From positions 1 to 64,000 of the forward strand of contig MU626293.1 of the NCBI GenBank assembly GCA_025603075.1: a DNA stretch of 64,000 nt, in the 5' to 3' direction. Under the pieces are notes generated by a model. The model saw nothing but the letters and a program-made list of their open reading frames with translations. It ran no database searches and was not told the DNA's origin. Numbering within the stretch: position 1 is the first letter of the stretch; each line of letters begins with the position of its first letter. The DNA is from Neoconidiobolus thromboides FSU 785. Its lineage: Eukaryota; Fungi; Entomophthoromycota. Shown here piece by piece: positions 24,996-38,922 of this stretch. The translations under genes and the position numbers were made by a program.

Positions 24996-26707
24996 ATGAG
25001 TAATAATAATAATTTAGAAGATGGCATAACTCAACAATTACTCAATTCTACTAAGGATATAACAATTTATGATTCAATAACAAACAACTCTTCTTCAACA
25101 ACTTTAATCAATGATAATAATTCAATTTTAGTTAAAAACAATTCAACCCAAGAAACCGATCTAACTGGTTATCCTACTTATGAAGATTATAGAAAAGAAC
25201 TTTGTTATTTATTTACTACTGGTTTACCAGTTATATTAGCTTTTTTGATCTCTGCTATTATGCCATTAGCTAATATATTTTCCATTGGTCATTTGGTAAC
25301 TTTGAATATTTATATTCAATTCAATAAAAAAATCTTAAACTACTATTTATTTAGGGAGCTAAGCACCTTGGAGCAGCAGCCTTATCAAATATGTTTGCTG
25401 CCATTACTGGATGGTCATTATCCATAGGTATGGCTACTGCTTTAGATACCTTATGTTCCCAAGCATTTACAGGAAGTAGCAATCCAGCAATAGTAGGACT
25501 TCATTTACAAAGAGGAATCTTAGTCTCATTTGCTATGTTTATACCCATTAGTATTGTATGGGTGAATTCAGAATATTTAATGCTATCATTAAACCAAGAT
25601 CCCGAATTAGCTAAGTTATGTGGAGTTTATATGAAAACTTTGATCATTGGGGCACCAGCTTATATGGCTTTTGAATGTTTAAAAAAATATTTTCAAGCTC
25701 AAAGTAAGATATTACTATCAATTATTTAATATTCATTATAATCAAACTAATATTTATTAATTTAGAAATTATGCAAGCTCAAACATACATTACCTTCTCT
25801 GTTTTACCTATAAATTTAATCTTGAATTACGTATTAGTATGGAATGAGTCCACTACCTTAGGGTTTAAGGGTGCCCCATTAACATCCGCAATTACCTATT
25901 GGTTATATTTAATCCTCGGCATCTTATACGCAAAATTCATTAATGGTTCCCAATGTTGGGAAGGATTTTCAAAAGAAGCGTTTACTGGATGGTGGGTGTA
26001 TATTAAATTAGGAGTACCTGGAATCATTCAACTATGTAGTGAATGGTGGGCGTTTGAAATCATGTCATTAGCAGCTTCCTATTTAGGTACTAATCAATTA
26101 GCTGCACAATCGATAGTATTATCTATAACAAATGCTACCTTTTCGATACCATTTGGTATGTCTGTTGCAGCTAGTAATCGAATTGGTAATTTATTGGGGG
26201 CAAGTTGTGCCAAAAGATCAAAGCTTTCAAGTCAATGTGCTTTATTACTAGCATTTGTTTTACCGTTTTTAAATTGTGCCTTTTTATTATTGTTTTCCAA
26301 ACAATTAGGTTCTCTATTTACTAAGGATGAAAATGTGATTCAATTTGTTCAATTAATTATTCCAGTTGCGGCTACTTATCAAGTAATTTAAGTTTTATTT
26401 ATTTATTTATTTATTTATCATTATTTTTTAGATCTTTGATAGCGTAGGTACAGTATGTAATGGAATTTTAAGAGGACAGGGTAGACAAGCAATTGGAGCT
26501 ATAGTAAATGTAATTGCTTTTTATATAATAGCCATACCTATGGGATTATTTGTGACATTTAAATTAAATTTTGGTATACTTGGCTTATGGTTTGGCACTT
26601 GTTTAGCTTTATTAATTACCTCTACTACGTTGGGATATGCTATTATTACTACTAATTGGAAAAAAGAAGTGGAAAAATGTAGTAAACGATTGAAGGAATC
26701 TAGTTAA
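24996..26707 (+). CDS. MATE family efflux transporter, multi-exon
   Basis: GWSLSIGMATALDTLCSQAFTG, LGFKGAPL, KLGVPGIIQLCSEWWAFEIM, LAAQSI, SNRIGNLLGA, GILRGQGRQ; stop at 26705-07. Confidence 0.93.
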
Positions 26708-26858
26708 GCGATGTTACGTTAATTATATTAATAAAATAATTTTAGACTATTAAATCAATTCATATATGTGTGTTTTTATAACTTGATATTATTATAACTG
26801 GTTTTTAATGTATCCTTTTTAATGATAAAATGAGTAAACATTAATTATAGAATAGATA

Positions 26859-26963
26859 ATATTGCGGATGTGTTTTTTTGTTTAAGAATTTTACTAACAA
26901 TTTTTCCACTCAAATAGCGCTTAAAAAATGGAAAAATAATGAAACTAGAAAAACAGCCCCATT
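26859..26963 (+). mobile_element. MITE-like copy 9
   Basis: Core TTTAAGAATTTTACTAACAATTTTTCCACTCAAATAGCGCTTAAAAAATGGAAAAA is essentially the consensus. Confidence 0.9.
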
Positions 26964-27048
26964 ATTAGTTTAGTTTTTAAAAGTTATATTTAAATTAAGG
27001 TTTAATATAGAAATACGAAAATTAATTTATGAAAGGAAGCAAGTATGA

Positions 27049-27154
27049 ATATTGGAGTGTTTTTTTTGGCTTCATTACTTTTTCCATCTTTTAAACGCTA
27101 CTTGAATGGAAAAATTGTTAGTAAAATTCTTAAATACAAAATACATCCCCATAT
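27049..27154 (-). mobile_element. MITE-like copy 10
   Basis: Reverse consensus ending AAATACATCCCCATAT. Confidence 0.88.
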
Positions 27155-28309
27155 TATGAGATTGCTTTTTTATTTATTTTCAAATAAGAGATATAGAAAT
27201 GTACTTATCGTAATATTCAACTGAGTTGTTTTTTAAAATTTGTGTTACATAACAAATAAATGAATAAAAAGAGATTGTAGTATTATTAAATAAAAAAATC
27301 TAGATTTGATTATTAATAGTATGGTGTATTAAATAATGATGTAGTGTATTAAAAAACAATTTCAAATTAATATTAATATTTTAATACCTTACCCCAAATT
27401 TTTAGTTAAATACTTTAGTTTTCTATTTTATTTTCACTTATTCTAAAAATTACAACTGTAAAATTTTTAGGTATTTAATTTTGAAAAATTTCTCGCTTAC
27501 TCTTTGTTTACTTGGTTTTTTAAAGCCTAGTTCGTAAGCTTTGACAAAATTTATATCTAAAATATTATTCTTAAATGGGTAGCTATTTAATACAGAATTG
27601 AAGTTTAACTGCTATAGGCTTATTTGTAATAAATTTATAAATAGATAAAATAAATTATATTTAAAAAATAAAAATAAAGTACTATAAAAGGATCAAGAAA
27701 AATGTGATATATATACATATATATGTACGTAGCCACCTATTCTTTATAATAAATTAAATATCTTTTTTTCATTAAACTAAATGTTGATTTGTTTTTAAAA
27801 AAATTATGATGAAATTCAAATTTCAATGTTTAATTTGGCTTAAAATATATTAATGTAACATAGATAACTCAATTTGTATTAGTAAATAAAGTTTGATTAT
27901 CAATCTATAAAATTAATATTATAAAATAAATTAATGATATATTATTCTCATATTATTAAGATACATAGAATCATTATAGATAAGATGTAATTATAATATT
28001 ATATATCAATAGTATATTAATTTTAATCTTCATTTACTAGTTTAAAACCAAACCACCTCTCCCTAAATTTACTTTGATTAATTTCTAAAAATAGAAATAA
28101 TCCAATTGATCTATACTAAATTTAGAAATTAATAATTTATCAGATCCATCATAATTAAATCTTTGAATTATTATGGCATGAAAATATTTATCAAATTCAT
28201 TTCTTCAATTTAAAATTACTTCAAACTATTCTCCCCATTAATTAATTGATTTCTATTCTTTACCTTTTCTTTTTTATTGTTTTTTAGTTTCTTTTTTTAT
28301 CTGTCTAAA

Positions 28310-31257
28310 ATGCTCACTTATCATATGTTTAATAAAGTAGAAGAAGCTTGTGGTACTGTATTTGATTGGAATACCACTTGTGAAATAGTGAAATCGTGTT
28401 CTAATGCCAATACTATTATCAATTATAATTATTTATTTCATTGTTCATTAAATGGCAGTCTCGCCTCTATTGTGATCATTTGTTTGATATTATTGTTTCT
28501 ATTTTTCTATTCCTTATATTATAGTAGTGAATATTTTTTAGCTACTCCCTTACAAAGGTTAGTAGTATATTTCAATATTGATGGACCAATAGCGGGAGTT
28601 ACACTATTATCATTTGCTAATGGAGCACCTGATTTTTTTACATCCATAGCAGGTGGTGATGGTGGAGATAGTAATTCTGGATTAAATTTAGTAATTGGAT
28701 CTGTACTTGGGAGTGGTATGTTTACTACGTGTTTAGTATTTGCTGTTGGATTATTGGCGGCTCGGCCCAAAACCCGAAGTGAAGGGGAGTTATCAGAGTT
28801 AGTGATTATCAATCAAACAGAAAATGAAAGTAATAAGAAAATTTATTCATGGATTCATGCACCAAGGGGTTTTTTAGTGAATTTGTTTATTTATTGCTTT
28901 GGTGTTAGTTTAGTGTTAGCTATGTGTATTTCTAGAAGTGTATTTATTTTTTATGGTTTGGCATTAATTTGTATTTATCTCCTTTATTTAACGTTTGTGA
29001 TATTTCCCAAAGTTAAAGGGTTTCTTAAACCATTTCATAGAAATTTTTATAAAAGTCAAACGTATCCACCACAAAACATTCCCCAAATTGTTATTCAGGG
29101 TTCAAAAGAGAATATTGTAGTCCCATCGAATAATGAAGATATTCTGGCTTCACCTAGCAATTGTATAGAATGCCAACAGCAACCAAATTCATTAGGTATT
29201 GAAGGTAATTTCAGATTTATTTTATAAAATATAGATTAATAAATTAATTTTTATTTAAAGATATAACAAAGAATGGATTATCAGATGAGTTTATTGATAG
29301 TTTTAAAAGCAAATCTAATAAGAGTAATATTCAAAGTAGTATTCAAAATAAGGATAATCAAAGTAATTCAAATAGTAATTATTTGTCACCATTAAGTTCA
29401 ATATCAAATAACAATAATGAAATGGAAGAAGATTATTTTAGTTTCAAAAATCAACCAAAGTTAAGTTTAACAATCCCATCAATTAATATATCAAATAACA
29501 ATACAATAGAAAACTTATATCAAAATAATAATAATTTGTTAGTACCCCAACCCCAATTATCGCCTTCACCAATTCATACTACATTTGATGAAAAATTCAA
29601 CGAAGACAAAACACATCAACAAAAGGAAGAAAAAGATATAAATAAAATAAAAGAAGACAAAGATGATGATGATGATATGATTTCTAAACTATTATATAAA
29701 TATGGAATACAAATACAAAGAAAAGAAAAGATTAAGTTTTATGGATTTTTAAAATTGTTTTATTATAATCAATCGATTAGTTTAATTTATAATAAAAAAA
29801 AGTTCATATTAAAAAGAATATCAAATATAGTTAAAATACCAGTAATATTATTATTAAGGATTACTACATTACCCAGTTTTACAGATTGGGTATTAATTCA
29901 AAATGAAGAAGAAGAATTAAATTATCGAGAAATATTTAATGAATTTAAAGCTATTAAACAATTAACTAAAAATAATAATGAACAACAAGGACCTTTATTT
30001 ACTTCACCCAATGTTACTATTCAAGTATCTAAAAATGACGATAATAACAAAATTCATACTATTTCTTCTAATTTTTTAAGATATATTCATCGATTATTAT
30101 CATCTACACCAAGGGATATTCATAATTATAGAATTGCATTATCCTTATTTTCTCCTTTTACAACTATAGCTGTATTTTTTAATACCAGTTTAATGAAGTC
30201 CAATAATATAATTGAACCTTTACCGAATTTAGCGTTAGCTACTATCCTTGGTTTAATATTAGCTAGCTTAATGTATTTAATTACATTACCCTTATCAACA
30301 ATTGCTAATGTTTATCGAATGGAAATTTATAATTATTTATTAAAAAAATATCCGGAAAAATCTACATTTGAAAAAAACTCAAGTTTAAAAAAGAATAAAC
30401 AATCATCTCCATCCCCAAGAACTTCTTTATCTCCTTCACCAGTCTTATTAGAAGATATTATTGTTTATCCATATGATGATATAATAGAATTAGGTCCAAT
30501 TGAAGATTTAAATCAAAATTCAAATACTAATTTAAACAATCAGCCTGAACTTGAAAGACAACGATCCTGGGTATCCACCTTTAATGCATTATCCAATAAA
30601 TCAATTAAAACTTCAATTTATTATCCCAAATACAAAGCCGGGTTTCGCCATTTATTAAACTTTTTAAGTGAACAAAGAGAAGTACCAATGCAACATTGGA
30701 TTTATTATTCCATGATATTGGAATGGACATTAACTTTGATAGGCATGGCTACATCGATTATTTGGATTAATAATTTATCAAATATGTTAGTTGAAGTAAT
30801 TATGTTTTTATCGCATTTATTTAACGTGAAAGAAAGTTTTTTGGGGATGACTTTATTGGCCTGGGGTAATTCTGTCTCTGATCTCGTAGTTGGTGCTTCT
30901 ATGGCAAAAGCTGGTCTTCCTCAAATTCTACTCACATCAGCTATAGCAGGACCAATATTTAATATGTTAATTACACTTGGAGTAACATTGATTGAAGTAA
31001 CAGTTAAGGGCCAAAGTTTATTAATACCATTAACATTGGATAGTATGAGTTTTACTAATATGGCTGCTTTTTGTTTTTTATTTTGTAATTTGATTTCAAT
31101 TGTTGTATTTACCACTCTATTGCCTTCCTTTCACACCCTCTTGTTTAGTAGAAATGTTAAATTTGAAACGGTATTTCCAAAGTTTTTACCTTATTATCAG
31201 ATTATTCTGTATGTTTTGTTTCTTGTTACTATTACCTTAGTCGAGTTTTTGACATAA
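28310..31257 (+). CDS. Ca2+/cation exchanger (CaCA superfamily, CCX/NCKX6-like); start uncertain
   Basis: Alpha-1 repeat AGVTLLSFANGAPDFF and alpha-2 repeat LGMTLLAWGNSVSDLV...GPIFNML. Cys-rich N-terminus, long Asn-rich loop, intron near 29210-29260. Confidence 0.88.
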
Positions 31258-31416
31258 GGGAGAATTGAGGAAATAAACAGTTGTATTAATATTAATTTGG
31301 ATAAAGTTATTTTATTATATATTTTAATATGATACTTAATTATTTATTATTATATAATATTGAATAGATTAAAAAAATTTAATATGGTTATTTTATTAAT
31401 GTGTATTTTAAAGAAA

Positions 31417-31524
31417 ACATGGGGATGTATTTTTGTGTCTAAGAATTTTATTAACAATTTTTCCACTTAAATAGCGCTTGAAAAATGGAAAAAATAATGA
31501 AGTCAAAAAAAACACTCCCACATA
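31417..31524 (+). mobile_element. MITE-like copy 11
   Basis: ACATGGGGATGTATTTTTGTG...AAAAAAACACTCCCACATA. Confidence 0.9.
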
Positions 31525-31562
31525 ATAAGTTTTATTCATTATTAAAAATTAAGCAAGTTATT

Positions 31563-31668
31563 ATATGGGAATGTATTTTTGTGTTTAAGAATTTTACTAA
31601 AAAATTCTCCATTTAAATAGCGCTTAAAAATGGAAAAAATAATGAAGTCAAAAAAAACACTCCCATAT
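31563..31668 (+). mobile_element. MITE-like copy 12
   Basis: ATATGGGAATGTATTTTTGTG...AATAATGAAGTCAAAAAAAACACTCCCATAT; shares the variant right end with copy 11. Confidence 0.9.
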
Positions 31669-31785
31669 ACCGTTATAAATTTACTAGTTTTTTAATAATT
31701 CAATATATACAAGTGTTACATAATGATTCAAGAATCATTATATTAGGTTGGTCTATAACTGATTGTGTTAAATCAGTATATAAAA

Positions 31786-31886
31786 ACATGACGATGTATT
31801 TTTCTGTATGGATTTTATAATAATCTTTCTGTTTAAATATTGCTTAAAAAATGGAAAAATAGTGAAGTTAAGAAACATCCCCAGAT
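31786..31886 (+). mobile_element. MITE-like copy 13 (degenerate)
   Basis: ACATGACGATGTATTTTT...TTGCTTAAAAAATGGAAAAATAGTGAAG...AAACATCCCCAGAT. Confidence 0.78.
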
Positions 31887-34350
31887 GCTTCAAAGAAAAT
31901 CCAAGTTATTGATTACAAGAGTAAAGTTTATGTTTAAGCTTTTCTAATAAGATCTTTTAATTGTTATCTATTTTGTCAAAAAGCGTGAATTTATTTGCAC
32001 TAAAAGTTTTACTATTGCACTCATATATTCCTACTATTTCAAAAAGTTTGAAAATTATAGACTGACATAACATAGTAATACAAAACTCTAAAGAGTTTGA
32101 CAACACTTGGCATAGAAACTAAAAATAAAAAATTGAACATTAATTTTAAAATTATAAATTTAGCATCTTTACAACTTTAGCGGAGTATGGCTCTTTAAAA
32201 GGATTGAATTGCGAGCGAGAATTCAAGGGGCTAAAGAATAAATGCTTTGATATTACTAGAATTAGAACTTAACTAACTTAATAAAGAAATTAAGAACTTT
32301 AGATTAAGTTAAGGTATTACTTTTTTTATAAGCAAAATATTTATTACTGACTAGTTAATATTTCTAATTTAGGGTAGATACATTAATAACAATCAAATTT
32401 TAAACGTTCGGTCTATGTAAGATGAAATATGTAATTAAATAACAATATATTTAATATTGATATAAAAGTCTTGAATTTGCGCGATGTTGTATTGAGATCA
32501 TATTACAATACACTGAAATTGATATTTTTATTCAGGTTCTTATGAGTTAATAATTGAATTATGGTTGAAGTTTATAACGCTCAAACTTGGATCACTGATT
32601 TTTCATTCCAAAGTTGGAAATCGTAGCACATTAATAAACAAAGTAAAGTAGACTATGGTTTATCCATTATCTTCATAAATAAATAAATTATAGAAAGGTA
32701 GTATTCTAACAAACTCAAATGTTTGTTTAAAAACTTAGAATCGGAAATATTAATGGATCATTTTATTCATGAAATCACTAGAAATTAAAGAATAGGGTTA
32801 CCATATTGTAGAAACAGTCTAGAATCGGATTCTATAAATTGTCATTATTCAACCTCTCGCTTTTATCATCTACTTGAGGTGGAATTATATAACAAATGAT
32901 AGCTTATGTGTATTTATCTTTAATCTCATAAATAAAAGCTATGATAATTAAATTTGGTTAGATCAAATGGTCTAATTCTTCTAAATTTATATCAATCGGA
33001 TTAAAATTAATATTTGTGTTACAAAAATTATTCTAAAGCATCTTATTTTCCAACTCTCGGTTTTTTTTAAAATATTTAAAATATTTTCATTTCTATTTTT
33101 AATATTTTTAAAAGTTATATAATATATTAATATTATTTTATTCCAACATGATCTAAAGTTACTTTTCTTAAAAATAAGCCACTTTTTAAAAAAGCAGTTG
33201 GCTTATTAAAATTCGATTATTATAGCATAAATCACATAATTTAGAATATTATTAAAGACTAAAATTGGCTTCAATTTAATTTGATAGTCATATAGTTGAG
33301 GGTAAACACTTCAAGAAATAATGGGGTTAGTCCATATATCAACATACGCTAAAAAATAGAAAAGTTTGGTATTTATGATTAATAGAATTAAGGTATGAAG
33401 AAATCATCTTCGCTTTAAAAGTATGGCAAATTACCTTTAAAAGATAGGCATAAAAAATTAGTAACGATCATACAGGTATAATATAATAACCTTGAAATAT
33501 TATTTTTATAAAAAGAAAGTAATAATTTAACTTAATTTAATAAAGTCCGAATTTTGCTCTATTTAGATACTTATTTCATCTACATTCATTACATAAAATG
33601 GACTTATTGTTTTATAAATCAATGTTTTATAGGAAGGGGATTAACTTAGAACGAAATTGATTTCATTTATGTATAAATTATTTATTTTCAAACTTATTAG
33701 TTAACAGGTGGGAAAGTATACTGAAATGAAAATTAGTCTCTATCCCTCTATAAAATAGCTGATCTAGATGCTATTTCTAACCCTAGTATACTATTGCTAT
33801 ATTTTACTTTATTTGCTATTAATCTTATTTATTTTGACATCCCTTTTTTCGAATTTAATAAATATAGATAAAATAGTATCCGAGGAACTGTAAGTAACTT
33901 TACTCCATAATTATTAATTCTACAATCTACCCCTAATAAGAATATGGAATTATCCTTACTTTCTATTATCTCCCTTAAAAAGGAACCATACATGAAAATT
34001 GGATTAGTAATCCATTTTGAAAAGTAGGGAACATTTTGTAAAAATAAACCAGAATATGATAAGGGGTAAACATAGAAAGAGTGCTATTGCTATAGAGAAA
34101 TAAAATATTTAACAGCAAATTACTATAGCGAGTAAATCATTTTTATTGATAATTTTTTAAATTAATACTTATTACTTTTAAATCATTTATTTATTACTAA
34201 ACTTATAAACAAGGTAAATCTAGGTTTAAGGATACAGATATTTATTAAAAATAATTTATTTCAACAACAAAGCAAGATAAAAAAATAAGAATAGTAGGGT
34301 CATTACACTTTTAAAACGCAGTAGAAGTTATCATAAAATTATAACGAATG

Positions 34351-34833
34351 TTATAACGATAGCTTATAAAGGTGAGGGTCTGTACGAAGATAATTAGGTG
34401 TACGTTTTATACTAGAAAGTTCAGGTAGTAATGGCTTGAACGTAACTGATCTTGATTCATAATGTAATTGAGAATCACTGTTTTCACTGAGTTCATCCTT
34501 TGGTTTAACAGAGGATTCTGATTTATCTGATTTAGGGGTACTAGATTCTTTATTAGAGCGAACTCGACGATTTTGAAACCAGATCTGTATATTAGCTTCG
34601 GGTATTTTTAACAGCTCACTTAATTCATCTTTCTGCTGTTTGGTAGGGAAAGGATTAGATGCAAATACTTTTTCTAATACCTTTCTCTGGCTTTCATTGG
34701 GTTTTATCCTTCTTCTTATCTCAAAATCATGATGGATAAATTTACTATGATTTTTTGTCATTCTGAAATACATTAAGCTTTTTTTTAAAGAGATTGGAAC
34801 TTTGGTTGATTTATATACCTTTCTATCGGACAT
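34351..34833 (-). CDS. Homeodomain transcription factor
   Basis: RRRIKPNESQRKVLEKVFASNPFPTKQQKDELSELLKIPEANIQIWFQNRR, a canonical homeodomain with the WFQNRR helix 3. Confidence 0.9.
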   Translation of the reverse strand: MSDRKVYKSTKVPISLKKSLMYFRMTKNHSKFIHHDFEIRRRIKPNESQRKVLEKVFASNPFPTKQQKDELSELLKIPEANIQIWFQNRRVRSNKESSTPKSDKSESSVKPKDELSENSDSQLHYESRSVTFKPLLPELSSIKRTPNYLRTDPHLYKLSL

Positions 34834-37616
34834 TCATCACTTTAATTATTTTGATAATGCAGAACCAGTAATTTTGATATGTCTATTCATGGAAATATTG
34901 GTTGAAAATGTTTTCATTCAGAGTCCGGAACTCCTTTTAACAAATTTCCCAAATTAGAAGGCACCTTCCTTATTTAGATAAACCCGCAAAGCAGTCTCAT
35001 TTTTTATCGAATTGAATGGAGTGATGCTAAAGTTATTTTTCTAATAGCTTTATATTTAGTTGCTAATTAGCGAGCTTATTTCTTTTAATGGTAACTATTT
35101 TCTATTTTTGCTATTTAATGAGGTACAAAGTTTTGAATCACTAAATAACTGTCAATTATTTGTACAGGACTTTATATACTAATAAATTTAACTTTGACTA
35201 TAAATATACCATAAAGATTAAATAGAACTATAAAACCATAAATTATACATTAAAACGAATGAAGGAGTCATTAATGTTATATAAAAACTCGTGTTTGAAT
35301 AAAGTTATACTATTATTTTGGGAACTTTACTAAATAAAGCAGGAATGATCTCAAATTCAATTAATTCCATTGATTTTGGGTTTATTTATAATAAAGATAA
35401 AGGTTTTATTAGTAAAAAGAAAGTATAAGTGAGAATTGTTTCAAAACCATAATGTATTTAAAACCATTTACCATATTATATGGTTTATAAATAATGTAAT
35501 TTCTTTAAAAATAGTTAAAATAGAAGATTAGCTTAAATATACGGGACAAAAATAAATTCAACCTTAGAATGTTCTTTAAATAAGGTGAGTCACTTAATCT
35601 GATTTTATTTGGTTAAACGCATTCTATAAAATTTGAAAAAGCAGTTTTTATATGTTATAAGAACAAAATCAAATCATTTAAGGAAACACATTCTTAACTT
35701 AATATTGTAATAATTAAGGTAATTTGTATTGAATAATAATTTTATTTCACAATTCTTTAATCTAAAAATTATTTTACCTTGTACTCTGCTGAAATTGAAT
35801 AAATGTTAGTAAGTCTTTTGTACTAAATCATAAAAAAGTTCAACTGCAAATCGTAAGCACTCAAATTAAGAAATTTATAATTTTGATAGTCTATTGTAAA
35901 TAAATTTAAAAAGCAATATTTAAAATAGTTTGAAATTATTAGTAAAGCAAATTTAATTACATATCATTTAAAAGTCTAGATTCCTTGGCCTAATAAAAGA
36001 TTTCCAAAATTTAAACTTAACGTTTTGAAAAACTTAATCAAGTATCCGAAACCCTGCATTTAAACAAAATTAAAAATAAAAATTAACGCCTCTTTTCTTA
36101 TTTATCTATTTTCTGATTATAAAGTTTTTTAAAAATAGAAATTTATTCTGAAATTAAATAAATTATAAAATTTGATAATAAAAAAGGAAATAAATTAGTT
36201 TAGCTTAATCATGCTTCATTAAATGGATGATGTCATTCACCCATTTTAATATATCCTTTATTTATTATCAAAGCTAAATCTTTATTATGGTATTATCTTC
36301 CTTAAAATCAATATAGTGATTAATCATATTTACAGAATGCGACTCTATTATTTTGTTATACTTTATATAATTTAGATAAAACTATTTATTTATTTGTATA
36401 ATTCGTAGCTTACTTTAGTTATTTTATAATTAAAGAATAAACTGTGTAATATTTTATTATTTCCATACAAAAAATAGTTAATAATTAATTTAGAAACAAA
36501 TGTAAAAGATTTATTGAGTAACTTCAATACCAAAGGAGGAATGATATAAAGCATAAATCATTGTGTTTGGACATATCTGTTATTATTGAAATTTATTTGT
36601 TCCCACCCTTTTTATTAAATTAAACTTTACTTATCTTTATTATTCTTTATTTTATTATTAAAACTATTTTTATAATCTAATTATAACCCATATATAATAC
36701 TTTTTATTTTTAATTGTAAATATGTAATAATAGAACTAAAATTAAAATCTAATATAGCCTATTTTGAATGTATAAGCAAATTATTATGCTAATAAACTTT
36801 CAATAAAGACAAATAAATGTATTCCTTAATTGGATATTAACTCATTTTTAAAATCTTAATAAATTATAATAAATTATAAATAAAATGTTTGAAAAATTAA
36901 ACCTTTAAGTCTAATAGTTGTTGACTAAGGTTCTACTCAATTAATAAATTAAAAATTCTTTAATAAAATAGTGTTCAGAGTATTTTCTAAATTTGTAATT
37001 ATGCTTTATTATGGCATTCTATTATTTTATTTAAAAATAGAAATAGATGCTATCTTTTTAGAGAGTTAATAATTAGTTCATTCAATTCAATTATATAACC
37101 ATAATATTGTTGTTTAATTCCATTTCGTTATCTTCTTGTAACGCAATTTCAATCATTTTTTATACACTGTTTATTCTTCTTTTTATAAATTGAGTGAAAC
37201 ATTATTAAGTTAAACTGTAATATTTATTATATACAACCCATTGCTTTTTTAATCAAAGCTTCTATTACTTTATATACAATTTACTACTTATTCAACTATA
37301 CTACACCTTTTTTGATCTCTTCTTATCAAAATATAGTAATAGAGTTTATTAAGGATAATAAATTAATACAAAGTAATTGTTTAAAACATTATTTCCCGCT
37401 TTTATTATTATCAACGAATTAATAGAAAATGTTTTGAATTAGTTTATTATTTTATCTTTGATAAGCACTTTTAACCAAATCCTTTTAAAATGTACCGCTG
37501 TTATTTTTCAATGAATACTTTCTATTTTTTGATATAAAGATAGCGGAAGATGATGTAGTTTATGCTTTCAATCTGGATAAAATTTCCACGTCTTGAAAGA
37601 TGGTGCTTTTAATGGA

Positions 37617-37716
37617 CATTCGTAGTGTTTTTTTTGGTCTCATCATTTTTTTCGTTTTTTAGGCGTTATTTGAGTGAAAAAATTGTTAGGAAAATTTTGA
37701 AAAATACATCCCTAAA
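37617..37716 (-). mobile_element. MITE-like copy 14 (degenerate)
   Basis: GTGTTTTTTTTGGTCTCATCATTTTTTTCG...GCGTTATTTGAGTGAAAAAATTGTTAGGAAAATTTT...AATACATCCC. Confidence 0.78.
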
Positions 37717-38922
37717 TGATCGTTGAAATTGATTTGTATTAACTTTTGGTAAATAAAAGCTAGTACTTTTAGATTAGAATTTACAAAAATATAACCATGC
37801 TTGTCTTACAAAATAGCAGTCAAATAGGGCATAAGAAGTCAAAAACATTTACTTAATGTATTGTTTATCTGTATTAGTATTTCAAGTAAAAATTGCATTC
37901 TAAATAAACAATTATTAGAGAATAGATGAAAAATATAAATGGTCTTAAAGAATTTTGAAATTTTATTTATAATTTATTGAAATTAATATAGATTATATAA
38001 TGTTTAATAGAATTATAAAAAAGCTAAAAGGTAATTTGTTGTAAAATATACAAAGTATATAAACTGGCATTTATAAATTATCTTGTTAATAGAAATAAAA
38101 TATTAAAAAGAGAATAAAAGATGCTTTTATTTTTTTCGAATCTTCTATATCAAGGCTACTACTAATCAAATCACTCTACTTTCCGAAATTGGATGGTATA
38201 ATCAACTAAGATTCAATGCAAACTTTGGACTTCGGAAAGTCATGCAAAGAAGACTAATATCAAAGTTACTGTTAATATTTGATTAGGTATATATTGAGTA
38301 TGAATACAAAATGTAATAAATCAACGGATTTTATATCTATAAAAGGTATATAAGCAGTCTCTTTCTCTAGAGTTTTCTTATTAAGGATTTTTTTTTATTA
38401 AGAGTTTTTTTTCATTTGTTTTATATAATAAGCTATACTTTTTAGTTTTGTTAGCTATGCTAGTTTATTTAACTTAGTTCAAGTGTACTATTTACCTTAC
38501 ACTTGTTTAGTAAGATTTTAACTTCACACTATCGTTAGCTAATCACTGGACTTATCTTAACTAATAAATTAACATATGGGCAATTTATCATTGGGGTTAA
38601 TGGCTTCAAAATCCTTGGGACTTACATATACTATACTGTTGATTTACTTTCTAAGCTGATCAAAAATTAAAAATAATTAATTCAAATTTCAACTAAAAAC
38701 ATCATCAATTGGTTTGTATAAAACGGGCAAGAATTTTAAACTTTAACCTTGCCCAAAATTACTATCAATGCAACTACCTAATTTGGCTTTGAATTTGAGG
38801 GGTTAACCAATAACTAGCGTCTACCTCATCACAGTTTGAAAAATGATGTTTTAATCACTTTTTTTATTTTCATTAACTTTTTTTCTAAATACCAAATATC
38901 AATTTTAAAAAGAGGGAGAAAG

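Noticed and set aside
31417-31886. Repeat-spacer-like array suggesting CRISPR
   Set aside because: Eukaryotic context, 105-bp units with TIRs dispersed elsewhere, and no cas genes.
38560-38640. Minus-strand IVYVSPKDFEAINPNDKLP, reminiscent of a GST N-terminal NP..K.P motif
   Set aside because: Too short, flanked by stops, and with no supporting downstream motif.
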